The position numbers and the translations under genes are program-made. Positions 16,972 to 26,207 of a stretch of DNA of 64,000 bases are shown here, in pieces (within the stretch, counting starts at the first letter, position 1; every line of letters starts with the position of its first letter). The notes beneath the pieces are model-generated. The model was not told the DNA's origin. It made no database searches and saw only the letters and a list, made by a program, of their open reading frames with translations. The stretch comes from a virus, in the IMG/VR virus record IMGVR_UViG_3300031841_004047; one strand, 5' to 3'.

Positions 16972-17849
16972 AAGTAAGACTAGTAGGTTATACTCAACCA
17001 TCAGAGGAGTTTATGAATGACTTCGATACCCCCAAAGATCTCATCGCCTTCTGTGCGCGTGTATCCAACCCATCAAACCAAAACAACAAAGAGACGTCAG
17101 AAAAACTCATCCGGTATCTTATTAGGCATAAGCACTGGAGCCCGCTCGAAATGGCGTCAGCAACACTCGAAGTCACAACCACGAGAGACATCGCGAGACA
17201 ATTCCTTAGACACAGGTCATTCTCTTTTCAAGAGTTTAGTCAGCGTTATGCTGATCCTAATGATCTTGATGATACTTTTGTTATGAGAGAAGCTAGACTT
17301 CAAGACACTAAGAATCGACAAAACAGTATAGAAGTCGAAGACATAGCGCTTGATATGAAATGGAAAAGCATGCAGAATCAAGTGATACGTCAAGCAAAAG
17401 AAGCTTATAAGTGGGCTATTGAAAATGGAATAGCAAAAGAACAAGCTCGAGCTGTATTACCGGAAGGTAATACCGTTTCGAAACTATATGCGAATGGTAC
17501 AATTAGATCATGGGTTCACTATATCGAACTAAGATCTGCAAATGGTACACAAAAAGAACATATGGAACTAGCCAAGGAAATTGGCAAAGTTATAAGTAAA
17601 ATTTTTACACTGGAAAAGGAGGAAAGAATGGGACGTAAGATTTCAACCTATTACTCGGATCACGGTCAAGGACATGCTGAAGTTCACTTTGATTTTAAAG
17701 AAGAGCAAGCTTATATTAAGTACTTTGATAATAATGAAAAGATGTTCTTTACTGAAGACTTTCCAGGTAAATCACTTCGTTATGTTGAGGATGCAGCAGA
17801 AAACTGGGCACTCGGTATAAAGAAGCTAGAAGATGTTCAAAGCGCATAG
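16968..17849 (+). CDS. thyX: Flavin-dependent thymidylate synthase with an in-frame 73-aa C-terminal extension
   Basis: RHKHWSP, RHRSFSFQEFSQRY ThyX motif, ARAVLP, QKEH; TTG start; internal AAGGAGG-5 nt-ATG at 17628. Confidence 0.93.
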   Translation: MKVRLVGYTQPSEEFMNDFDTPKDLIAFCARVSNPSNQNNKETSEKLIRYLIRHKHWSPLEMASATLEVTTTRDIARQFLRHRSFSFQEFSQRYADPNDLDDTFVMREARLQDTKNRQNSIEVEDIALDMKWKSMQNQVIRQAKEAYKWAIENGIAKEQARAVLPEGNTVSKLYANGTIRSWVHYIELRSANGTQKEHMELAKEIGKVISKIFTLEKEERMGRKISTYYSDHGQGHAEVHFDFKEEQAYIKYFDNNEKMFFTEDFPGKSLRYVEDAAENWALGIKKLEDVQSA

Positions 17850-18021
17850 GGAAATTATTTGGCATCTAACATGTAACTGTTGCAAATATTATTTTACTCT
17901 TGCCACGATGGAAGATAAGTGGACACCAAAGGGTTTTATTCACTGTCCCGGCTGTGGCAAGAAACAAACCGTTGAAGAAAATGTAACATATTTATCACAG
18001 GTTGAAAAAAAGAAAAAATAA
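17833..18021 (+). CDS. Small zinc-ribbon protein
   Basis: CxxC(C)...CPGC. Confidence 0.55.
   Translation: MFKAHREIIWHLTCNCCKYYFTLATMEDKWTPKGFIHCPGCGKKQTVEENVTYLSQVEKKKK
17982..17999. promoter_or_regulatory. 18-bp quasi-palindromic operator-like motif, copy 1
   Basis: TGTAACATATTTATCACA; related copies at 30943, 37108 and 42308. Confidence 0.55.
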
Positions 18022-18024
18022 CCA

Positions 18025-18052
18025 TTTACTTTCCTGAATTATAGTATATATT
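18025..18052 (+). promoter_or_regulatory. sigma70-like promoter
   Basis: TTTACT-16-TATATT. Confidence 0.55.
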
Positions 18053-18078
18053 AGTACTATAAAAAATGAGGCAGTAAA

Positions 18079-18615
18079 ATGAAACGTATCGCTAAAACAC
18101 TTAACATGTCGTTCGTGTTAATTCTAAATATGTCAATCGTAGTATCCTGCGTAACAATCTTTTCATTCGCTATGGCGGATGAAAGATCTAAGTATGATGG
18201 AGAACAGATAAATTGTTTAGCTCTCAACATATATTTCGAAACTCATGCTTCGTCTCTAGCAGACGCTATGGCTGTAGCAGACGTAGTAATGAATAGAGTT
18301 AATCACATATCATACCCAAATACAATTTGTGAAGTAGTTCATCAATCAATAAACAATGAAGATGGATCACCAAAACGAAACCAGTGTCAATTCAGCTGGT
18401 GGTGTGACGGAAAAACAGACACTCCAAAAAATTTAGATGCATGGGAAAAATCACGTAAATACGCAAGAGACGTGTATGTGCACGGCGCTTATATCGGATT
18501 AACTGAGGGTGCTACACACTATCACGCTAACTATGTGAAACCTTATTGGGCACCTGAGATGGATCGCGTAACAAAGATTGGATCTCATATCTTTTATCGT
18601 ATGAAAGGAAAGTAG
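18079..18615 (+). CDS. SleB-like cell wall hydrolase (Hydrolase_2) with N-terminal signal/TM segment
   Basis: CLALNIYFE, VMNRV...YPNTICEVV, CQFSW, GATHYHA, IGSHIFY. Confidence 0.9.
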   Translation: MKRIAKTLNMSFVLILNMSIVVSCVTIFSFAMADERSKYDGEQINCLALNIYFETHASSLADAMAVADVVMNRVNHISYPNTICEVVHQSINNEDGSPKRNQCQFSWWCDGKTDTPKNLDAWEKSRKYARDVYVHGAYIGLTEGATHYHANYVKPYWAPEMDRVTKIGSHIFYRMKGK

Positions 18616-18631
18616 TTTAAAGATCTTTCCA

Positions 18632-18639
18632 TATAAATA
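18632..18639 (+). promoter_or_regulatory. T4-type late promoter
   Basis: TATAAATA 32 nt before the ATG at 18672. Confidence 0.85.
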
Positions 18640-18671
18640 AAGAAAACAGAACTTTTCTACAAGGATTTAGA

Positions 18672-19226
18672 ATGGTAAACTACTCATCAATAAGATCTTC
18701 ACTTGATCTTTCTGCGATTGATCAGCATATCCTTCCAAGTGCAGATAGCTCCTATAACCTAGGAAGCCCTGCACTTAGATGGAAAGATATGTATCTTTCT
18801 GGTGGGACCTTGCACGTCGGAGGAGTTGTTATTAAAGAAGATCCAGTAAACCCTGGTTCTATAAAGTTTGAGGATTCTGCCGGAAACTCTGCTTTTGCAG
18901 CTGGTGGTGGGATTGAAAAAGATTACAAATATACTGGAATTCTTTATCCTCAGAACGGTTCTTCAAGATTGTTTATGAGTTCAGCAGTAACATTAAATGA
19001 GGTTGTTGCTAATATTGAAGTCGGTCCAGTTGGAAATGACATAGGTTTGAGGATAAATAAAAACGGTACATCTGCTACTACTGTTACGATTACTGATGGT
19101 ACCACCAGCGCAACTACTACACCAAACGTCTCTTTTGTTTCTGGAGACTATATCACAGTGGATATTACGTCGGTTGGTTCAACAACGGCCGGATCTAATC
19201 TCTACATGGTATTAAAATTTAGTTAG
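18672..19226 (+). CDS. Putative virion/tail-fibre-associated protein
   Basis: Late promoter; ILPSADSSYNLGS..RWKDMYLS motif common in phage fibre proteins. Confidence 0.6.
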   Translation: MVNYSSIRSSLDLSAIDQHILPSADSSYNLGSPALRWKDMYLSGGTLHVGGVVIKEDPVNPGSIKFEDSAGNSAFAAGGGIEKDYKYTGILYPQNGSSRLFMSSAVTLNEVVANIEVGPVGNDIGLRINKNGTSATTVTITDGTTSATTTPNVSFVSGDYITVDITSVGSTTAGSNLYMVLKFS

Positions 19227-19236
19227 GAAAAGATAA

Positions 19237-20451
19237 ATGTATTTAAAATATACCCCAGGATCAAGCGTTCGTTCAAATGCAGTGGTAAGAGATGTTGCTC
19301 GAGCCGTCACAACAAGCAGCGTAGGCTCTAATGAATTTGACAGTGGAGTAGCTAGTGAAAATGTTATCGAAGGAAATACTTCTCACGGTTGGACTCTAGA
19401 TTCCAGAGATACTTTTTCTGCAGATGCTACACCCGGTGTTAATGACCAAAAATATAGGATCTATAATACCACAGCTGCGTCTGGAATTAAAAAAGCATTT
19501 TCATTGAAACAAAACGGAAACCACACTAGCTCAACCATTTACAATTCAAATTACGGTTCCGGGGGAGGAATTGGGTTATTCCCATTAATGGCGTATGAAG
19601 CGGCAGAAGAGTTGGAGTGTTGGGGTCATGCCTCAACCAACAACTCTTATTACTATCATAATACAATGAACAAGGCCACATCAGGATTTAACACTATTCA
19701 TATCTTTGCCGGTCCAAAATATTTTATAATGGCTAGTTGGGATTATATGACAGATGTCATTGTACAGGGATATGTGGAAGTTGATAAGACTAGTATGCAT
19801 GATAGATGGGAGTCGATTACTGGAAGAACTTCTCCTTCTGCAGTGTTTTTTACGCTTTCTGGTTCGGCAGACGACGGAATCGGACATTGTTATTATGGAC
19901 AGGGAAACGGTTCAAACGGCCACTCCGCAAATTGGGTTAATCTGCCAGAAATGACAGTCATGGGAGCTGTTAACAAAGCTTATAAGAATGTATATTTTGG
20001 AGGAGGAAACTGGGACGTTAGTAATCCAAATCATACTTATAACTCTTACGCCGTCATCGATGACGGTACCAGCACAGGAACTACAAGTGGAGTTTCAAAC
20101 CTTTATGATTACGCTGGTGGTAAAAGTCTAGTTGATAATACTGGTATGTGGAATTGGTTAGACGTTTCAAGAGCAAATTATTTACAAAATTATCCAAACA
20201 GCCTTGGTAAAAACAACTACTATCAAGATGCATCTGGAACAAAGCATGTACCCTTATGGCCTATGGTTGTAGACGCTTCTTTTTACATGTCTGGTGTTAC
20301 CATGAATATTTCTAAGTATTGTCCTATATACTATACTTTACCTAGTCAAGGATCGATGGGAGACACTATGACGGTTGGTTCAGATAAGTATGTATATCTT
20401 GGTGATAACACGACTGGAAGACAGTTTGGATTTTTTATAAAGGTTGAGTAG
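19237..20451 (+). CDS. Putative virion structural protein
   Basis: Gly/Ser/Thr/Asn/Tyr-rich 404 aa in a late operon. Confidence 0.55.
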   Translation: MYLKYTPGSSVRSNAVVRDVARAVTTSSVGSNEFDSGVASENVIEGNTSHGWTLDSRDTFSADATPGVNDQKYRIYNTTAASGIKKAFSLKQNGNHTSSTIYNSNYGSGGGIGLFPLMAYEAAEELECWGHASTNNSYYYHNTMNKATSGFNTIHIFAGPKYFIMASWDYMTDVIVQGYVEVDKTSMHDRWESITGRTSPSAVFFTLSGSADDGIGHCYYGQGNGSNGHSANWVNLPEMTVMGAVNKAYKNVYFGGGNWDVSNPNHTYNSYAVIDDGTSTGTTSGVSNLYDYAGGKSLVDNTGMWNWLDVSRANYLQNYPNSLGKNNYYQDASGTKHVPLWPMVVDASFYMSGVTMNISKYCPIYYTLPSQGSMGDTMTVGSDKYVYLGDNTTGRQFGFFIKVE

Positions 20452-20660
20452 TGGCGGAGTTAAATGACAGCGCTGGATCACCGTTCGCGAACATATATTT
20501 TTCTACGATAGATTCAGATCAACATAACATTATAGAAGCTCCAACTACTCCTCAAGTAGTATATCAAAGTTCTTTTGTTGAACCACTAATTAATAATCCT
20601 AAGGGCGGTTTAGGTGAATATAACATAAAAGATGCATGGGGTGGAAGATGGCGGAGTTAA
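20451..20660 (+). CDS. Small protein, tandem paralog 1 (MAELNDSAGSPFANIYF...)
   Basis: GTG start overlapping the previous stop. Confidence 0.6.
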   Translation: MAELNDSAGSPFANIYFSTIDSDQHNIIEAPTTPQVVYQSSFVEPLINNPKGGLGEYNIKDAWGGRWRS

Positions 20661-20697
20661 ATGACAGCGCTGGATCACCCTTCGCAAATATATATTT
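20452..20697 (+). repeat. Tandem duplication, 197-nt period
   Basis: 20452-20500 vs 20649-20697 match at 46 of 49 nt; similarity continues patchily downstream. Confidence 0.9.
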
Positions 20698-20842
20698 CGT
20701 TAATGTTGATTCGGATCAGCATGATATTTTAGAAGCAAACGTTGTTCCTCAGGTGATTAATATTGCAACTCATTATGATCCGATAACAAATGCTTGGGTC
20801 GGTGAATATATTGGCGGACCCAAAAAAGGAGAAAGTTGGTAG
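20648..20842 (+). CDS. Small protein, tandem paralog 2 (MAELNDSAGSPFANIYF...)
   Basis: ATG start; first 17 aa identical to paralog 1. Confidence 0.6.
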   Translation: MAELNDSAGSPFANIYFVNVDSDQHDILEANVVPQVINIATHYDPITNAWVGEYIGGPKKGESW

Positions 20843-20843
20843 T

Positions 20844-21167
20844 ATGAATATTGTAAAAAGTGTTATTAAATATAATAAGTACAATGAGTTTCATACGGGT
20901 CATGAAACTCTACAAAATGCAATAAGTCATGTATGGGTAGGTTTTAGTGTTCAAGATACAAACGATGAAGAAGTAGCAAGTTTCACTAGAGTGTATGCAT
21001 TACAAATAAGAAACACCGGAAGTCATATCCTAGAAGAAAACGTGACAGAAGATGATATACTTGGGTGGCTGAACTGGCAGATAGAACAGAGTAATTATGT
21101 TGATTATGCTAGAGTTCTCATGGACTTACACTATATGGATAGTAGTAGCACATTGGTTAATATGTGA
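20844..21167 (+). CDS. Hypothetical protein
   Basis: ORF; AGGAG at 20827. Confidence 0.6.
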   Translation: MNIVKSVIKYNKYNEFHTGHETLQNAISHVWVGFSVQDTNDEEVASFTRVYALQIRNTGSHILEENVTEDDILGWLNWQIEQSNYVDYARVLMDLHYMDSSSTLVNM

Positions 21168-21174
21168 GGATAAA

Positions 21175-21420
21175 ATGAAAACATTTAAGCAATTAATTAA
21201 AGAAGGTACCTATAAAGTAGACATACAAGGTCTACCTACTGTTTTCATATCTTCTGACAATCCAGCAGAAATAAAAAGAAAGCTTCGTAAAATAGTTAAG
21301 CGAAGTGAAATGATAGATAATGTTGAGAGGGTTCAAAAAAGTGATGTGCGGAAACACTTTCAAATTAAATTAAAAGATCAAGACATAGAAGGTGATGATC
21401 TTGAAGACAATGACAAATAA
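21175..21420 (+). CDS. Putative head internal/core protein
   Basis: N-terminus MKTFKQLIKE resembles the capsid-targeting sequences of T4-like internal proteins; GAGG RBS. Confidence 0.5.
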   Translation: MKTFKQLIKEGTYKVDIQGLPTVFISSDNPAEIKRKLRKIVKRSEMIDNVERVQKSDVRKHFQIKLKDQDIEGDDLEDNDK

Positions 21421-21437
21421 AAAGGAATTATTTTAAA

Positions 21438-21674
21438 ATGACTGATCAAAATGAAAAACCAGCTTTGGAAATGCCAGAAATTAATATGCAGGATCTGGTT
21501 GTGATGAGACAAATCATTGACGCTTCAACTCAAGCAGGTGTCTTTAAAGCGGCTGATATGTCTATGGTAGGTAGACTATATGATAAGTTATCTATCGTCG
21601 TAAACACCTTTGTTGAGCAGCAGAAGGCAGCTCAAGAAGAAGAAGAGAATCAACCGACAGAAGAATCTGAATAA
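21438..21674 (+). CDS. Acidic hypothetical protein
   Basis: ORF with AAGGA RBS. Confidence 0.65.
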   Translation: MTDQNEKPALEMPEINMQDLVVMRQIIDASTQAGVFKAADMSMVGRLYDKLSIVVNTFVEQQKAAQEEEENQPTEESE

Positions 21675-21698
21675 TAACTCCCAGATGAAATTTCACTA

Positions 21699-21727
21699 TT
21701 TACATATATCTTAAAATAGTGTATAAT
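21699..21727 (+). promoter_or_regulatory. sigma70-like promoter of the glycosylation operon
   Basis: TTTACA-17-TATAAT with extended -10 TG. Confidence 0.8.
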
Positions 21728-21748
21728 AATTAAAAAGGGATTTATATC

Positions 21749-22525
21749 ATGAAAAGATTAATATATCAAGTATATGTTGGAAAAAGATCAAAGCTGTATG
21801 ATCACTGTGTAGCATCAGTTGAAGAATACTGTAAAAAACACGGTATAGATCATGAAGTTCAAAGATCTCCAATATTAATGATCAAACCGGACATCTTTCA
21901 GACAAATAGAAGTAAAGAATCCTACGAAAAACATGGAGGATTCTTACCGATATTTGAGAAAGAAAACGCTTTCACATACTTAAAAACCTATGATCAAGTA
22001 GCGATTATAGATGCTGATGTATGGATTCGTCCAGATTCTCCAAACATATTCGATGATCTTGAGCCAGAGTACGATTTTGGTGGAGTGGTTGAAAGATCAG
22101 CACCAATTGAGCCATGGTATAAGCAAAAACTTGTTCAATACTCCAACATGCAGTTTAGAAACATTAAAGTTGATTGGAAGTGGAATAATCTTGGTGCAGA
22201 GTTCATAAACATGGGCATCATGGTCATGAACCAAAAAATTAAAGATTACTTAAGGGGTGAAACACCTACGCAGTTTATTCGTCGACCAGAGTTTAAAGCA
22301 TTCGTTGATGGAATCGGAAACTGGAAGTGGTCCACCGATCAAGTTCTTCTTAATACTTGGATTAAAAATGAGAATATGAAAGTAAAGAACATGGACTGGA
22401 AATGGAACGGTTTGTTTACTGCTAACAGTAGAATAAAAGAGTGTCACTTCGTGCATTTCTTTTTAAAAGATAAACTTCCTAATAGAGGTGAAAACGTGGA
22501 AGAATTGAGAAAGATAGTAGAATGA
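21749..22525 (+). CDS. GT-A glycosyltransferase (GT8/nucleotide-diphospho-sugar transferase-like)
   Basis: IIDADVW DxD, FINMGIMV (N-x-G-V), DQVLLN, WNG...HFVHF. Confidence 0.8.
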   Translation: MKRLIYQVYVGKRSKLYDHCVASVEEYCKKHGIDHEVQRSPILMIKPDIFQTNRSKESYEKHGGFLPIFEKENAFTYLKTYDQVAIIDADVWIRPDSPNIFDDLEPEYDFGGVVERSAPIEPWYKQKLVQYSNMQFRNIKVDWKWNNLGAEFINMGIMVMNQKIKDYLRGETPTQFIRRPEFKAFVDGIGNWKWSTDQVLLNTWIKNENMKVKNMDWKWNGLFTANSRIKECHFVHFFLKDKLPNRGENVEELRKIVE

Positions 22526-22956
22526 TTTTAATATCACATCGTGGAAACATAAACGGTAAGCAACCTTCTTTTGAAAATAGTCCGGAATACATCATGGCTG
22601 CTATTGAAGCTGGTTACGAAGTAGAAATAGATGTATGGTATAAAGATGATTCTTTATGGCTAGGGCATGATGGACCCGAGTATAAGACGGACGTAGACTT
22701 TCTTTTCAAGGGAGACTTCTGGATCCATTGTAAAAACATAGAAGCCTTATGTAAGCTTCAACCCTGGAGACTAAATACCTTCTGGCATGATAATGACGAT
22801 TATACTTTAACTAATAACGGAACAATTTGGGCTTATCCCGGTAAACTAGTCCCTCATGGGTTTGAAACTATAGCTGTTTTACCAGAAATACATGAAGTTG
22901 ATGTGACAAATTTCAACGGAGTTTGTTCAGATTTTATTGAAAGATATAAAGTATGA
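22522..22956 (+). CDS. Glycerophosphodiester phosphodiesterase/PLC-like small protein
   Basis: ISHRGN, VEIDVW, LGHD, WIHCKN, GVCSD. Confidence 0.78.
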   Translation: MILISHRGNINGKQPSFENSPEYIMAAIEAGYEVEIDVWYKDDSLWLGHDGPEYKTDVDFLFKGDFWIHCKNIEALCKLQPWRLNTFWHDNDDYTLTNNGTIWAYPGKLVPHGFETIAVLPEIHEVDVTNFNGVCSDFIERYKV

Positions 22957-24305
22957 TAAAACTAGTACTCTTTGACTTAGATGGTGTATTGATAGACGCA
23001 AAAAAGATTCACTTTGATGCATTAAATGAAGCACTCGGTGAACAATACGCAATATCCGAAAAAGAACATACAAGTCTGTATGATGGAAGAAAAACTTTTG
23101 AGAAGCTAGACTTACTAACTGAACGTAAAGGTTTACCTTCATCTCTCCATAAAGAGATATACGACAAGAAGCAATCAATCACAATGACAAAAATATCGGA
23201 GTTGAAACCGATAGACGAGATTGTGAAACTCTTTCAAGCTCTAGAGCAACAAAACTATCTTATCGGTGTTTGTTCTAACTCTATTCGTAGAACAGTATTA
23301 ACTTCACTTGCAAAAACTCAACTTATGGAATACTGTTCAGTTATTATATCAAATGAAGATGTGAAGAATTCAAAACCTCACCCAGAGATGTACTGGAAAG
23401 CGATGTCAATGATGACGGTGTTGCCAGAAGAAACATTGATCGTTGAAGATAGTCCTCCTGGTCTTTTAGCTGCGGAGAGATCAAGAGCAAATTATATAAG
23501 AGTAGATAATCCGTATGATGTAACACGAGAAAAGGTATTCTCAAATCTCAAAGGAAGTAAGATGGCGAATATTTGGAAAGATGAAAAGCTAAACGTCTTG
23601 ATACCAATGGCCGGTGCAGGTTCAAGATTTCAAAAAGCGGGATACACGTTTCCTAAACCAATGATACAAGTACATGACAAACCAATGATACAAGTTGTAG
23701 TCGATAACCTAGGATTAGAAGCAAATTATATCTTTGTTGTACAAAAAGACCATAGAGAGAAATATAATCTTGATACGTTTCTTAATTTAATAACACCGGG
23801 CGAGTGTAAAGTTATCGAGGTTGATGGTATTACAGAAGGTGCTGCTTGCACTGCACTACTCGCCAAAGAATTCATTAACAACCAGAACCCGCTGTTCTTT
23901 GCAAACTCCGACCAGTTTGTTGAGTGGAATCCGGTTGAGTTTATGTATAATATGCAAGAAACGAATGCAGATGGTGGTATGGTTACTTTCAAAGCAACAC
24001 ATCCTAAATGGTCTTTCGCAAAAGTTAATGATGATGGATTGGTTACGCAAGTAGCAGAAAAGAATCCAATTAGTGATAATGCAACCGTAGGTTACTACTA
24101 TTGGAAACAGGGGTCAGACTTCGTTAAGTACGCTGAAGATATGATAGAGAAAGATATAAGAGTTAATAATGAGTTCTACGTTTGTCCAGTATATAATCAG
24201 GCCATTGAAGATAATAAACAAATTAGAGTGTATGATGTTAAAGGTATGTGGGGACTTGGTACACCAGAAGATCTGGAATACTACATAAACAATTATAAAG
24301 GCTAG
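22953..24305 (+). CDS. HAD phosphatase fused to a sugar nucleotidyltransferase
   Basis: FDLDGVLID, KPHP, VEDS; then LIPMAGAGSRF...KP, NSDQ, GLGTPEDL. Confidence 0.88.
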   Translation: MIKLVLFDLDGVLIDAKKIHFDALNEALGEQYAISEKEHTSLYDGRKTFEKLDLLTERKGLPSSLHKEIYDKKQSITMTKISELKPIDEIVKLFQALEQQNYLIGVCSNSIRRTVLTSLAKTQLMEYCSVIISNEDVKNSKPHPEMYWKAMSMMTVLPEETLIVEDSPPGLLAAERSRANYIRVDNPYDVTREKVFSNLKGSKMANIWKDEKLNVLIPMAGAGSRFQKAGYTFPKPMIQVHDKPMIQVVVDNLGLEANYIFVVQKDHREKYNLDTFLNLITPGECKVIEVDGITEGAACTALLAKEFINNQNPLFFANSDQFVEWNPVEFMYNMQETNADGGMVTFKATHPKWSFAKVNDDGLVTQVAEKNPISDNATVGYYYWKQGSDFVKYAEDMIEKDIRVNNEFYVCPVYNQAIEDNKQIRVYDVKGMWGLGTPEDLEYYINNYKG

Positions 24306-24307
24306 TT

Positions 24308-24901
24308 ATGTATAGAGAAAACAACCCTATAGGGATACCAAATATAAGAAATTATAAATTATCAGAAACACCTGATATATTCAATGACATATATAATAGT
24401 TCATATTGGAAACACGGTGATGGTTCAGGTGGCAATTCTCAACCTCACATTGTTTTAGACTTATTTCCTATACTAGATGAGATATTTGAAACATATGATA
24501 TCACAACAGTTGCTGACTTAGGATGTGGTTCACACTATGTATTCAAAGACTACAAATGGCCTGATTATATACAATACACTGGATACGATGCATCTAAACT
24601 AGCCATAGAAAGAGCTAATAATAATTGTAATAGAAATGACTTTACTTTTGTAGAATGCTACGACTTCAATGAAATACCGCCATGTGATTTTTTACTCGTA
24701 AAAGATGTAGTATGTCATTGGCATGTAGACTTATTAAATAGCTTCATTGACAATATTATCCCTAAATTTAAATATACTGCTATTATAGGAGGTGTTGATA
24801 TTACACTAACTAAAAAGATAGAGAAAGATTGTACAACTAATTGGTTCATGAAAACTGGAAAGGATATAGACTATGGTATCTGGTTATTTTCAAACATGTA
24901 G
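24308..24901 (+). CDS. Class I SAM-dependent methyltransferase
   Basis: GSGGNS, VADLGCG, YTGYD, LVKDV. Confidence 0.8.
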   Translation: MYRENNPIGIPNIRNYKLSETPDIFNDIYNSSYWKHGDGSGGNSQPHIVLDLFPILDEIFETYDITTVADLGCGSHYVFKDYKWPDYIQYTGYDASKLAIERANNNCNRNDFTFVECYDFNEIPPCDFLLVKDVVCHWHVDLLNSFIDNIIPKFKYTAIIGGVDITLTKKIEKDCTTNWFMKTGKDIDYGIWLFSNM

Positions 24902-25493
24902 TTGTCCATACTGCATAAAGAACGGTGGATGGCCTAACTTAAAGTTTGTAAAAACTATTGATAGATTCTGGTTTGAAACTCCAAAGAATGCTTCTGTATC
25001 TATAAAATGGGAATGTGGGATAAATAAAAGTTCTAGAACTAAAGCCAAGATGACAGAAGGTGATAAAGCTATACTGGTGTATAGAGATCCAATCGTTAGG
25101 TTTAAGAGTACTTTAATTCATTACTTCCACGAATCTGGTTTAAGATTTAAAAATCACAAGGGTAAAAGATTTCCAGATGGAATTGGATTCTTTAAAGACT
25201 TGGGCTATAATATAGAAGAAATTAATATCGGTAAAAGAGTGGATATTATACTAGATAATTTAAATGTTCTTTCGACAAAATATGAAGTACATCATTGGTG
25301 GCCACAAGTTAATTTCTTTGATACTAATAATGTGGATATAATTCCTATGGAAAAAGTGAACGAAGTATTCAATATAAGTAGAAAAAGAAACGTCGCACCA
25401 AAAAAGGTTGATTTGAAATTTACAAAGGAACAAAGACAAAAAATAATTAAAGTCTATGAAGAAGATTATAACTATTTTGAAGGAAAGATATAA
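24873..25493 (+). CDS. Sulfotransferase family 2-like protein
   Basis: ETPKNASVSIK 5'-PSB loop, YRDPIVRFKS 3'-PB motif, HWWPQ. Confidence 0.75.
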   Translation: MVSGYFQTCSCPYCIKNGGWPNLKFVKTIDRFWFETPKNASVSIKWECGINKSSRTKAKMTEGDKAILVYRDPIVRFKSTLIHYFHESGLRFKNHKGKRFPDGIGFFKDLGYNIEEINIGKRVDIILDNLNVLSTKYEVHHWWPQVNFFDTNNVDIIPMEKVNEVFNISRKRNVAPKKVDLKFTKEQRQKIIKVYEEDYNYFEGKI

Positions 25494-26201
25494 ATGAAAG
25501 TAGCAGCAGTTTATTCTGGCCTATATCGTGAATTTGATGGATGGGATAGAAATCATGAAAAAATAACAAAATATTGTGATGATGTTCTTTATACTACTTG
25601 GAAAGGTAAACCAAAACCAAATAAAAAAGTTGTTACATTTTCTGAACCAATCATAGACTATAAACCAATGCAGATTCCAGAGGTTGTACGAAGATGGCCT
25701 CGTATGATAAGTCACTTTGATAATCCGGGTCAGATGTGGCTAACTAAGCAAATAGTCGCACATCAGTATGCCTGTGATTATATAGGGGCAGAAAACTATG
25801 ATGTAATTATAAGAATGAGGTATGACATATGGTTAGGAAATCAAGATTGGAAAGGATTCATTGATAAAGTATCAGAAGAGAAAGTAGTCATATCATTTGG
25901 TGGATGGAGTGGAGAGATGGATAGAAATAAAAATATATGTGAAGAATTAATAATCCCTACTCCAAAAAATGGCGGTACGAAAATGGAAGGACAAATGCTT
26001 GATTTTATGAATATTCACCCAGGTTATAAAATGAAAGATGGTGTAAGACTTCATAATGAAAAAAAACTTATGCCCGCCAATCTGGGTTGGCAACAAGTTT
26101 TAGCTGATCCGTATCCAGAGGAAACTATTAATTACGGTGGAGGGGCTATGTTATCTAGATATAGAGAAAAATCTTTTCATCATATCCCAGGAGGAATTTG
26201 A
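25494..26201 (+). CDS. Glycan-locus protein of unknown function, paralog of 26860..27597
   Basis: MKVAAVYSGLYR, YDVIIRMRYD, GWQQVLADPY. Confidence 0.6.
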   Translation: MKVAAVYSGLYREFDGWDRNHEKITKYCDDVLYTTWKGKPKPNKKVVTFSEPIIDYKPMQIPEVVRRWPRMISHFDNPGQMWLTKQIVAHQYACDYIGAENYDVIIRMRYDIWLGNQDWKGFIDKVSEEKVVISFGGWSGEMDRNKNICEELIIPTPKNGGTKMEGQMLDFMNIHPGYKMKDGVRLHNEKKLMPANLGWQQVLADPYPEETINYGGGAMLSRYREKSFHHIPGGI

Positions 26202-26207
26202 TTATAA

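Noticed and set aside
20451-20842. DGR template/variable repeat pair
   Set aside because: Differences are G/C, G/A and C/T synonymous changes rather than adenine-specific, and no reverse transcriptase is in the window
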